IMG/VR virus record: IMGVR_UViG_3300030099_007414
Coordinates: 32,001-96,000 of that record
DNA length: 64,000 nt
Origin: a virus
Direction: 5' to 3' (one strand)
The translations under genes were made by a program, and so were the position numbers. Positions 35,674 to 45,700 of the stretch are shown here, piece by piece. The notes beneath the pieces were generated by a model, which did no database searches, was not told where the DNA came from, and worked only from the letters and a program-made list of their open reading frames with translations. The number at the start of each line of letters is the position of its first letter. The first letter of the stretch is position 1.

Positions 35674-38600
35674 TTACTCCATATCCGCCGTTTCTACTAC
35701 TTCGGCTTTAAAATTCAAGTTTAAGTCAACAACCTTTCCTGTTTGTTTGGATGTTAGCCTTAATTTGAACTGCTTGCCAAAAAGACCTTCTTCTTCGCTG
35801 CCTAAAACTGTAGTTGCGTCGGTCGAAACCTTATCAAAACTCTCCATATCGGCAGGTGGAAGAATTTGCGTGATTCTTGGTACAATATTAAGTAGTCTTT
35901 TTAAATTTTTGGTTACATTTAATTCCGGGTTTGACGGCTCATATGGCTTAATTACGGGATAAATAATACCGCTATTTTCAACAATTTGTATTTCCATGAT
36001 TGACGAGGGGTAAGAAGGAGTTCCCCTTCTGTCAAAAACGCGGAATATGTAATAATAGGATTTATTGCTTTCAATTATCTCATCAAAAGTTGCAGCAGGT
36101 AGTGTCTTTCCCGTTCTTATTGTTTGTGTTGTGGTGCTTACCTTCGCGTCTGTGAAAGATTTCAGGCTTTGAGGTGGAGATGACAATCTCCTAATTTCGA
36201 AAATTGTTCCTAAATTTTCTGTCTCATCCGACTTATATAAAATAGGCTGGAAATCATTTAGCTTTCTTGACTTTCTATAATTTGCAATAAATTCATCTTC
36301 GGCTTCTGAGAAAGTAGTGGGCTTTACTTCTATCTGTCCTTGTCCAGAGTTCATGAAAAAAGATAGCTTATCGGGTACTCCCCTATATGTGATAACATTA
36401 ACATTAGGATAGATCGGAGGATTGTCCAATATCATACCTTCGCTTCTGAAGTAAGGAAGCTCGGCGAACTTTACTGTAGGGGTTGCGGTGGCCACGAGCT
36501 TATATTTATTGATTCTTTTGTAATCCTCGGCGATATTAATGGAGCGAGCTGATTCAATGAAATCAACATAACATCCATTAAAAGTCTGCACAAGAGACTC
36601 TAATTTTTTAGTTTCCTTGGCTAGTAGATTTCCAATTTGCTTCAACTCTTCTCGTTTTTTCTGTAAATACGCCTTGCGCTCCGAGGCACCGGATGCTAAT
36701 TCGGCAGCTGATGCTGATGCGTCTAGACTGAAGGAATCATCAAACTTGACTAGCCCCGTATTTAGACGAGGTACATCTACATTATCAATATCAAATGTTT
36801 GGGGATCGTCGGGAAAATCTATAAAATAAACGCCGCTTGATTCAAGTAGCTGTTTTTGGGAAGAAGAGTTTAAGAAGGGCAACGGTATGGAAGTTAGTGC
36901 ATTAATCTTTGTATAAACCCTTTCTATATCGTTTAATTCAAGATTATCTACGGTAAGTCCCGTTTGGTTAGATTTTTTACTTTCTGCAGAGGCGGTAATT
37001 GCGCCTGCTGATATTCCGAGAGCTGCTGCACCTACCGTGGTTCCGATGGCGGTTCCTATGGCGGCGGTGGCGGCGGTGGCCGTTACAGCTGCAGCAGCAG
37101 CGGCACTGGAGGCGACAATTGATCCGGCTAGGGCGGTGGCGGCGGAAGCAGCTGTAGCGGCTGCTCCTGCTGCGGCGATGGCTGCAGCGCCGAAAGTTAT
37201 AATACTTGCGGTCACCAGTGCGACTGTGGCGACTATTCCGATTATCCATGCTTTCAGCCTTGAGTTTCGCTTCTTCTCGTCTGTTAATTCTTGAATAATA
37301 ATTGCTTCAATCTGGCCTAAAACCTTAATGTTTCTCGCTGCCACTTCTATTTTGGCCAATGTGCCAAAACCTGTACCGTTGGTATTGCTCAAGCACTCCC
37401 AAGAGCTTCTTATGTTTTGAAACGCTTGCTTTTCTTCCTCGGTAAGCATGGATAAGTTAACTTCACTGCCGGGGATATTTCCTCCCGACAAAACAACCTG
37501 TGCTGCAATATCGATTTTCGATCCGGAATTGACTTTGACCATCTCTTTAGAGAAAAGTTGGTTTTGATCCACAGCTTCGGCTAAAGCAATAGTTGTTTGT
37601 TGATCTACTATTTTCTCTGCAAAACCAGCGGGAAAGCCGGGGAGATTTTCGGGAAAATCGGCAAACATTGCTTCGTAAATCGGCCTAATTAACCCCAATC
37701 CGATCATATTTGCTAGGGGATCTTGAATTTCTTCCACATAATTTTTCAACTCTTCTTCAAAACTGACAACTCCAACATCAGTATCATCGAATCTATACTC
37801 GGTTCCAATAACGAACTTAAAAGCACAAACTTCATAACGATACATTTTTCCATATTTAACTTGTGTATCAATATACCGTACGCCTCGATAGCCTTTTTCA
37901 GCTGGAATCCAGAAGTTCTGTATTGGCGTATCGGAACCTTGTTCGAACTTTTTTATTCTATAAAATAGCACGTCCGACTGATATAACTCCTTATTATTAT
38001 CCAATATGTTTGTATAGCTTCTATAGTTATCGAAGTTAGTCAATAATTCGTTTATTGTCTTTACCAGATCGTCGAGAGCAGCTTCGTAATTTATACTCGT
38101 GTTGATTAGGGGCTTTATTTTAGAGATTGTATCTAGCCTATATTCCGCCTCTTCTCCGTTGGTTAAAAAAGCCTTAGACCTCAAAGTTCTAGTATCCACG
38201 GAGTTGATGGGTGCTCGATCAGCGACAGAATCTTTAGAAACAGCCGTACCTTTAGGAATTGCTTTATACATAATTTGAAGCATTTTAGGAATGTCGTATA
38301 ATTTAATCAATTCAATCTTTAACGCCGAGAATTCTCTAAACTGCTCTTGCTTTTCGGTAAGATAAGAAGAGGCTATATATGAATTGGTAAAACTCACATC
38401 TTGGACTACTGTTGTCTCTTCGCCTTCTTGGGAAAACTTATAATCTTCGCGATTCATTAGATCGCAAAAAGCCATCAAGAGTCCATTGTTTTTTAAAGAT
38501 TCTTTAATAGGGTCATCCTTTCCGAGAGTATCTGGAGGATTTGTGAGATATATTTCGTTGTAAAATGGAAAAGTATCTTTTCTTTCTTGGATATCCAGAG

Positions 38601-39366
38601 CTTGAATAAAACCATCACTATTCATAAAAAAGTCTTGTATATTCTCCGTGGAGAGAGGTTGCCTCAAGAGCTGCTTGGATACATTCTGCTTGGTAAACGG
38701 TGCGGACAGTGGGACCGAAAAAATACTTGATGCCAAAGTTCCCACAGGCTCAATGTCGGGAATGGGCAAAAACTTATAGAAATTGTTCATTTGTGCTTCC
38801 CCTACGCTGTTTAAATTTGTCTGATTTTCATATATTCCTAGTCCATAGTTATATACAAAGTTGACAGTTCCGGCAAGTGCCGAGTGATTTTGTACAGCCG
38901 AAGCGTATTCTATAGGGGCATTTAGATCTAATTTATAATCCAAAGTCAACAAATCGATATAAGGAATGACTGAATTTTCGATATAGGAGTCAAAAACACT
39001 CTCTGGTCCATTGATTGAATTACCTCCTGACTTTTTAATTCCCAAAGATTCTCCGTATCTAGGAGTAATCTCTACGAGGCTTTTCGGAGCCTTTATCACC
39101 AAAGAGGTGTCTAAATCTAGAGATATTTCTATTTTTTCTGGTGTTTTGGGAGAGAAGTCAAAATTTAAAGAATTTCCGAATGCTGATTTGGATGGCTTGC
39201 CATCTTTATCGACCTTGTTGGTGTAAGTATTCTTTGCATCGTAAACTAATGTATTTCCATCGTAGATCCAGTAGCTTTTAATTTCCCCCCTAATTGGATC
39301 AGAGGAAGTGTCTGTATTAGACGATACTGAAAACGCCTTATTGTTCATTATTGACATTTCTGACAT
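35674..39366 (-). CDS. 1230 aa probable virion protein with an internal Ala-rich hydrophobic hairpin
   Basis: FN3-like YIDTQVKYGKMYRYEV and SNKSYYYIFR segments; an uncharged stretch of about 88 aa at 36985-37248 flanked by helical, coiled-coil-like regions. Confidence 0.6.
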   Translation of the reverse strand: MSEMSIMNNKAFSVSSNTDTSSDPIRGEIKSYWIYDGNTLVYDAKNTYTNKVDKDGKPSKSAFGNSLNFDFSPKTPEKIEISLDLDTSLVIKAPKSLVEITPRYGESLGIKKSGGNSINGPESVFDSYIENSVIPYIDLLTLDYKLDLNAPIEYASAVQNHSALAGTVNFVYNYGLGIYENQTNLNSVGEAQMNNFYKFLPIPDIEPVGTLASSIFSVPLSAPFTKQNVSKQLLRQPLSTENIQDFFMNSDGFIQALDIQERKDTFPFYNEIYLTNPPDTLGKDDPIKESLKNNGLLMAFCDLMNREDYKFSQEGEETTVVQDVSFTNSYIASSYLTEKQEQFREFSALKIELIKLYDIPKMLQIMYKAIPKGTAVSKDSVADRAPINSVDTRTLRSKAFLTNGEEAEYRLDTISKIKPLINTSINYEAALDDLVKTINELLTNFDNYRSYTNILDNNKELYQSDVLFYRIKKFEQGSDTPIQNFWIPAEKGYRGVRYIDTQVKYGKMYRYEVCAFKFVIGTEYRFDDTDVGVVSFEEELKNYVEEIQDPLANMIGLGLIRPIYEAMFADFPENLPGFPAGFAEKIVDQQTTIALAEAVDQNQLFSKEMVKVNSGSKIDIAAQVVLSGGNIPGSEVNLSMLTEEEKQAFQNIRSSWECLSNTNGTGFGTLAKIEVAARNIKVLGQIEAIIIQELTDEKKRNSRLKAWIIGIVATVALVTASIITFGAAAIAAAGAAATAASAATALAGSIVASSAAAAAAVTATAATAAIGTAIGTTVGAAALGISAGAITASAESKKSNQTGLTVDNLELNDIERVYTKINALTSIPLPFLNSSSQKQLLESSGVYFIDFPDDPQTFDIDNVDVPRLNTGLVKFDDSFSLDASASAAELASGASERKAYLQKKREELKQIGNLLAKETKKLESLVQTFNGCYVDFIESARSINIAEDYKRINKYKLVATATPTVKFAELPYFRSEGMILDNPPIYPNVNVITYRGVPDKLSFFMNSGQGQIEVKPTTFSEAEDEFIANYRKSRKLNDFQPILYKSDETENLGTIFEIRRLSSPPQSLKSFTDAKVSTTTQTIRTGKTLPAATFDEIIESNKSYYYIFRVFDRRGTPSYPSSIMEIQIVENSGIIYPVIKPYEPSNPELNVTKNLKRLLNIVPRITQILPPADMESFDKVSTDATTVLGSEEEGLFGKQFKLRLTSKQTGKVVDLNLNFKAEVVETADME

Positions 39367-39382
39367 GTTTTTTAAGCCTCTC

Positions 39383-41785
39383 TTATTCTGTTAAATCTAA
39401 GATGAAATATTTATCTGCGTAGGACACATTGTCAAATGCAACTCCTATTCTAAATCTTTGGTCATTATAAATACTTGCTCGACAAAGAATTTTACCAGTT
39501 CCGCCCAAAGATCTTAATTTTTTAAAAATTGGATTTTTTACATCTGGCAGTCCGTTCTTGTCTTTCTGGAATCCGGCCAGAAATTCTATCTCTAATAAAT
39601 TCATATAATTCTGCTTGATTGTGTAATAGGTACTAGGGCTATAAATATAATCGCCTTTCATGGAGGGAGAAAGCCATTGTTTCACGCACTTATCAGACTT
39701 AGAAGCAAAAATTGCCTTTATTTGATTAGGAAGTTCTCTCACTATTTTAAGTTGAGCAGATGACGAAACGGGAGCTGATCGCCCTGTGCGCGTTGAAGGA
39801 TTGTCTGTTACCGAACTTATAATGTTGGTTGTATTAGTAAGATCAAAATCTTCCTTAGACAGATTCCACCCTTCTTCATTTCTCAAAAAGGTGCTCGCAA
39901 ATAATCTCGAAGCGACTTTCATTGGCTCGATTTTCAGACCCTCTTTATAACCTTGTGTAACTGCGGGAGCCTGATTAGCATTATCGTTGTTGGAAAAAAC
40001 TTCATTTGCTGCTAAATATGTTTGAGATTGCGATGCATCTTTGAGGGGTGGATCTTCTCGGAAAAAATCCTCCCCCACCGACACACCGTGTTCTTGCAAG
40101 TAGTAAGAAACAGAAATTTCTGAATTTATCTTATCATCATATTTCTTTTTAAAATGTTCTTGGGTCAATAGGTCAAAATTGAACGCAGTTTCATTATTTA
40201 TTTCCAAATCTCCGATTCTGGTGGGAGATAAAAACGCATAGTAATTTGTTTCAAAATTGAAATAAGCTAACCTCAAAGGATCGCCAGAAGCATCAGAAAA
40301 GCCGAAAACATCTGCATATATTTCTCTCGACAGGTTGACAAAACTAGATTCTGGCTGCTCTCGGAGGATCTTATTGTACTCCCCATCAAACCTTGCTTGC
40401 ATTGTGCCTCTATCTACACTTGTTGCCCCAACTTCATTATTAGAAGGGAAATTCATATAATCATAAGTTAAGTTTGCTGCTTCTGAAAAATCTATTGATT
40501 CGTCAAATCTTTTATTTAAATTTAAGAAAAATCTGCTTGTATTGCTCGTAGAATAAACCTTCGAATAAGACGAATTAACCTGCGATATTACTCCCGCGTT
40601 ACCGATGGCGGTAGAAAGGATAGAAACTAAATATGTTATGTAATTCTTCAACATATTAAGTGATCCTTGGTGAGCGCGGAGATTTATTAAATAAGATTTC
40701 AGAGAGGTTTGTGTTATGTTTAAATTTTGATTTAAAACAAACAGGATTTTCACTAGGTCGCCAATGTCTACAATGGGAGAGCCTATTTTCAAATTGTTTT
40801 GAATGCGTATTAGTCGATCTGTGGCCGAGATGAGCCAATTTAAAATACCGTCTCGAACAACCATATTTAGAGTATATTGATGCTTGCCCATATCCGACAA
40901 ATCATTATCATTGAAGGCTATAATATTTTCATATTCCATGTCTTCCAGATTTAAATCTTTAATTTGGACTATGACACCCCTTGTTGCGCCCAAGATTCCC
41001 TTAACGGAAGTGGCTGTGGCAATTGTCTGGGGTGTTTGATCTTTATAAGATGGATATGGCCTATTTTGAAAGTCTCTTTGTTGTGCCAGTTTTCTTCTAG
41101 TTATCTCGATGTGCTCTATGTCTGACATATTCATCATTTTTCTTTTTTCATCTTTGGGGATCTTGGGATTTCTCAAGAGATACCCGAAAGTGCTATTGGT
41201 CATTAAGAGCTTTTGTTTATCTAAAATAAACATCCCTCTTAGTGAATTTTGTTTACTGTAGGAGGAGTACAATTCTGATACACTGGAATTGTCTCCAAAC
41301 GGACTAGAAGAAAATATTTCAACATTAAAAATGCTATCATAGAAATCCGACCTTTTGTCTTCGATGGGAATCGCATCATCATTTTTGATCTGGAGTTCTC
41401 CTCCGGAGAATAGCGTTATTCTTTTTTCCCTATCGTATGGCTTTGTGTCCAAAAACAATTGAAATTCAAAAACAAAATTTAAAGACTCTTCAGCATCTAC
41501 GTCAAATCTGGCGATAAAGGGATATCTGTATCCGGTAGATATTTTTTCAATATCGGGGTTTAACTCTGTTCCTAAAAATGTGGGGAAAGTTAGCTTTTGC
41601 CGAACTAGCCTCCCATAAGAAGCTTGAAAATTTGCATAGAGCCCAGTGTTTGTGGATAAGTCCAAGGCGGGTAAGCCGAGGTCATCTTTCCCAGTTTGTA
41701 AATGATAGCTCACCTCAACAACATATGTATTGTTTCCTCTTTCGTCAATTTTGTCCGAAACCGTAATTTTATTTATACCAAGCAT
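39383..41785 (-). CDS. Hypothetical 800 aa protein (baseplate/tail module)
   Basis: Long ORF directly abutting the upstream stop; context only. Confidence 0.6.
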   Translation of the reverse strand: MLGINKITVSDKIDERGNNTYVVEVSYHLQTGKDDLGLPALDLSTNTGLYANFQASYGRLVRQKLTFPTFLGTELNPDIEKISTGYRYPFIARFDVDAEESLNFVFEFQLFLDTKPYDREKRITLFSGGELQIKNDDAIPIEDKRSDFYDSIFNVEIFSSSPFGDNSSVSELYSSYSKQNSLRGMFILDKQKLLMTNSTFGYLLRNPKIPKDEKRKMMNMSDIEHIEITRRKLAQQRDFQNRPYPSYKDQTPQTIATATSVKGILGATRGVIVQIKDLNLEDMEYENIIAFNDNDLSDMGKHQYTLNMVVRDGILNWLISATDRLIRIQNNLKIGSPIVDIGDLVKILFVLNQNLNITQTSLKSYLINLRAHQGSLNMLKNYITYLVSILSTAIGNAGVISQVNSSYSKVYSTSNTSRFFLNLNKRFDESIDFSEAANLTYDYMNFPSNNEVGATSVDRGTMQARFDGEYNKILREQPESSFVNLSREIYADVFGFSDASGDPLRLAYFNFETNYYAFLSPTRIGDLEINNETAFNFDLLTQEHFKKKYDDKINSEISVSYYLQEHGVSVGEDFFREDPPLKDASQSQTYLAANEVFSNNDNANQAPAVTQGYKEGLKIEPMKVASRLFASTFLRNEEGWNLSKEDFDLTNTTNIISSVTDNPSTRTGRSAPVSSSAQLKIVRELPNQIKAIFASKSDKCVKQWLSPSMKGDYIYSPSTYYTIKQNYMNLLEIEFLAGFQKDKNGLPDVKNPIFKKLRSLGGTGKILCRASIYNDQRFRIGVAFDNVSYADKYFILDLTE

Positions 41786-42793
41786 TTATTGACAATCCTT
41801 TATGTCGGTCACTGTAACGTTTGTTCCATAAATATCAGAAATTACTTCTCTAATTAGAACATTGTCCTCATTTACATAATCTTTATCTGTATATAAGCCT
41901 TTGGATTTCAAGACACTAATGGAGTTATTTATGATTTCTCTATCAATGTCAGAATCTACAAAAATATCAAAGTAATATTCTACATTATCGGGAGATAAAG
42001 ATATCGGGACCATATCTTCTTCGGGAACCTCATCTAGTAAAATATTATTAACTACATTGTTTTTCTTATTTTTGGCAAAAGTAAGGGGTATCATCGTTTC
42101 ACCCATCTCATAAGCTTCTATAGTAAAATTTTCTATTTTAAAATCAGTGTTTTTTTCTACAATGTCGGCTAAAATTATTTGCGGAGTGATAGAGAGGTAA
42201 CTTCCATCGATTGCAATCCTACTGACAATAGTTTCGTTCGTGGAGGTGACTGCGCCGACTATTGTGGGGGTATCATCCATGGGAGAGACCTCTACAGCAG
42301 ATGATCCTATAGATACGTTCCCTACCTCAACAGCATATAAGACTTCTAAATTGATTTGAGGGATTCTTTTTTGGCCGAATTCTGTTGCATAATCCAAATT
42401 AACGTCTTTTATAGAACCGTTTAACATCCTTAGAGTAATTGCCGGATAATCTTGACCGGATAATCTGGTACTACCCAGATCACTCGATAGGGCATTTTTT
42501 TTAAGGGGAGCGATGGTTGATATCTTTTCACCATTTCCAAAATCAACTTCATCTCCATCCACTCCCTTGCTCGTAAATTTGTATTGAGTCTGCAATTGCG
42601 GGGTCAGTTCTGTAATTCTATTCTGTATTATGTTTTGATCTTCTGTTATGCCTGCATATTCTCCGTCATACATAATATTGTCATCAAAAAATGCATAATA
42701 AACAGGCTTCATTTTGCCCATAGATAGAAGCTGTTTTCCGTAAGGAGTAAGCTCAATGTCAATTACTTCTTCTTTTTTGTCCATAAACAGCAT
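41786..42793 (-). CDS. Tail/baseplate structural protein
   Basis: N-terminal VIDIELTPYGKQLLSMG...YYAFFDD.I.YD, similar to 34671-35591. Confidence 0.55.
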   Translation of the reverse strand: MLFMDKKEEVIDIELTPYGKQLLSMGKMKPVYYAFFDDNIMYDGEYAGITEDQNIIQNRITELTPQLQTQYKFTSKGVDGDEVDFGNGEKISTIAPLKKNALSSDLGSTRLSGQDYPAITLRMLNGSIKDVNLDYATEFGQKRIPQINLEVLYAVEVGNVSIGSSAVEVSPMDDTPTIVGAVTSTNETIVSRIAIDGSYLSITPQIILADIVEKNTDFKIENFTIEAYEMGETMIPLTFAKNKKNNVVNNILLDEVPEEDMVPISLSPDNVEYYFDIFVDSDIDREIINNSISVLKSKGLYTDKDYVNEDNVLIREVISDIYGTNVTVTDIKDCQ

Positions 42794-45700
42794 TTATTTT
42801 TCCCTCTTAATTGTTTCGATGTTTGCTTGCACTTGTGCATCTGCTCGCGATTGTATGTCTTTAGATTCTGCCGTGGTTGTAGTGTTACCTAGAGATATAT
42901 CCGTAGGGGCCAAAGGAGGCAAGACGGAGGAGTTAGGATCAGTGGTCTGGACTGTTGCTTCCTCGATTGAACCATAGGTTATGGAAGAATCAATCTTTGC
43001 AAATTCAATAAGCGAGAAATAATCATAAGGCCAGTTAAAACTAAACAATTCTTCGCTTTCTTGGCCGCCGATAAGAAGGTTATTATATTGTGTTTTTGCT
43101 CTTTGCTTCACCTTGAAAACCATCCACTTGACTTTATCTTTTAGGTCTTCAAGAAGATTATTTTTTGTCAAAAGAGGGTGAGAAATAGTGGCTGATGATT
43201 CTTGGAATTCGTTGCCAATTTTAGGCGCGATATTCTGCCACATGTAAGAAAGGTCATTTTTATCAAAAGTATGTTCAAAGTCAAAAATGTACATTGCAAT
43301 TGGCTTGGCATTAGGATTTCTAAAGAAGTCAAACTGCGGCGGGAACACATATCTGTCTAGTATTTTTTCCGACATTTCTATTACGCTCTGATCAATATCT
43401 TCTGGGAATAGTTTTTTCAAATCTAGCGGCTCTTGAGTTACTGCTCTTTCTGCAATTAATTGAGAATACTTTTCGGTTGTTGGTATTTCAAAAAAGTTTC
43501 TAGCTGTTTGGTTAGGTTTTACCACCAAACTTTTTGTTTTGCTTAAATCTTGCACGTCCACAAATGGGATTGCGACGACAGCTTCAAATACAGTCTTTGA
43601 TTCTGCAAGCTTGCCGATTTTTTCTGATTTTTTTCTCTTGTCGAATCCAACTACGGACATCAGTGATTGTACATCTCCACTGTTATAATCGCTGGAGATG
43701 TCAGGCAGTGAAGCCCTGTTTTGTAGCCAATCTTCCGGGATGTCTTCTACTTCCAAAAAAATTCCTTGGCCGTCGCCTTCGTTTGGGATGGTTCCAAACT
43801 GATGCCACATTCCGATTGGTGTGGTGGTTTGTCCTCCATAACCCTCCCACGGTGTACTTGCTGTTATAGGCAGCGTTATATTATCCAAATATGGGCTATT
43901 GGTCGAAGAGTAATTGGCGGAGGAATAAGGCCCAAAATTGAGAACTGGCGTTTCAAATTTAGTTTGAATGGCCCAAGAAGGACTTCTTTCGCCTGTACTC
44001 GCTATAGAATCCACAAACAGCTTATTAAATATATTTACAGATGAGGTTAATTGCATCGCATAATTATTCACACTTGCGCTGTGCATGGGGAAAGCAGAAG
44101 CACCAGAGTCTCCAGACTTCCAAGTGTCGCTATCATATCCATCGACCCTCCAGCAAACAATTTTTGAGTTAGCTTGGATATCTTCTATTGTTGGTAATCC
44201 AGTTGTGGTGGGTGTGTAAATAACATCCACCCAAGATTCTCCGTTGTAATAAGGGGGTGTATGGGATACATTGTAGCCATATAAGCCGTCTGTAAGCTCT
44301 GGATTGTTATAGCTATAAAAAGATGGCTGTTGTCCGAATGGAATACATCCTGCGGTTCCACCCACACCCGCAAAAGACGGTATTGGGCTGGATGGAATAC
44401 TACCGGATCCTGCAAGTGGTGGACCAAATGCAGTTGGGCGACTATACATATTGAGTGTCGCCATTCGGTAATTTTTAGAGGTTCCGCCTACAAAATTTTG
44501 CCCCGAACCGTCTGAAAAGTATTCTTGAGGGGTTGGCCAATTAGCCTGTTCTCGCTTAACTCCCTTCATGCTGCGTCGAATCTTTATTCTCATAGCATAT
44601 GAAACACTTGAAGATACAGACAAAAATTCATTTTCTTGATTACTCGCAAGAGAAGTAAGCTCCCCATTGGCTAAAAAGAATTCCGGAGTTGATGCCAAAA
44701 AGTTCTTAATAGCCAAGCTGTAGGAATTTTTTTCGCTCGGAGCAGTGTTAATTTTTGATACCACATCTATGGAGCAGGAAGGGTGTGGTTCCATATCATA
44801 AAATTCTATTCCCTTCATACTTTCTGGGTTCAATAGGGCTTCGAAAGGAACTCTGTAGTCCCACCTACCCGAATCAACTGTTGCTGGACCTATAGCATAA
44901 TAATCAGTTTGTCCGGTTCCGCCTGCAGAGTCATAATTTACTACCTGATATGAGCCTGTATATATGGGATAATCTACAGCGATGCCTGACTTAATTGTGT
45001 TATAGAGAATACCGGGAGAGAATAATGGGGCCATTATGGGCCGCATCTTGAGATTTCCGGCAGATGCGGCAGCTCCAGTCGTACCCTCTATCGAATCTTT
45101 GAAAACATCCGAAAATTGCTTTCCAATTTCCAAAGTCCTTTCAGCTGGATAGAATCCGTCATACGCGATGAATTTCTTCAATGCCTTGCAGCTTAAAGAT
45201 AAAGATTTTTTGAAAGAGTCTGAAACATATTTGTCGTGATCATTGGATATAATAGAGAAATTCTCCATAAAATCAGAAAAAGAATATATGCGGTAGAAAT
45301 CGTCCTCTCCGCTATTTTGAGGAGTATTTTCTGATATCCTTATATCATAAGTAGCCGGATTCCCATTAGTATCTATATAATTGACTGTTTCAGAATTATC
45401 TTGATTTACTCCAAAGATCGAAAATGATGCAGTATTTGCAGTTATAAAGCTGTCACTACTGTTAATATATTTTTCCACGTTTTGGCTTACTCTAAATTCT
45501 GGTATTATGGACATGTCCTTATTCTTCAATCGCATGTTATAAACATATAACTCATATTTATCATAAAATGGATTACTTGGTGAAGAAATAAATTCGCCAT
45601 CTTGCAAGTACCCTGCCTGTGTGTGTGCTTGGAATTCGGCATTGCCACCGAAAATGGAAACTTGCCCCAAGGGGTTAGTGAGGCCACCGGGCCAAGATGT

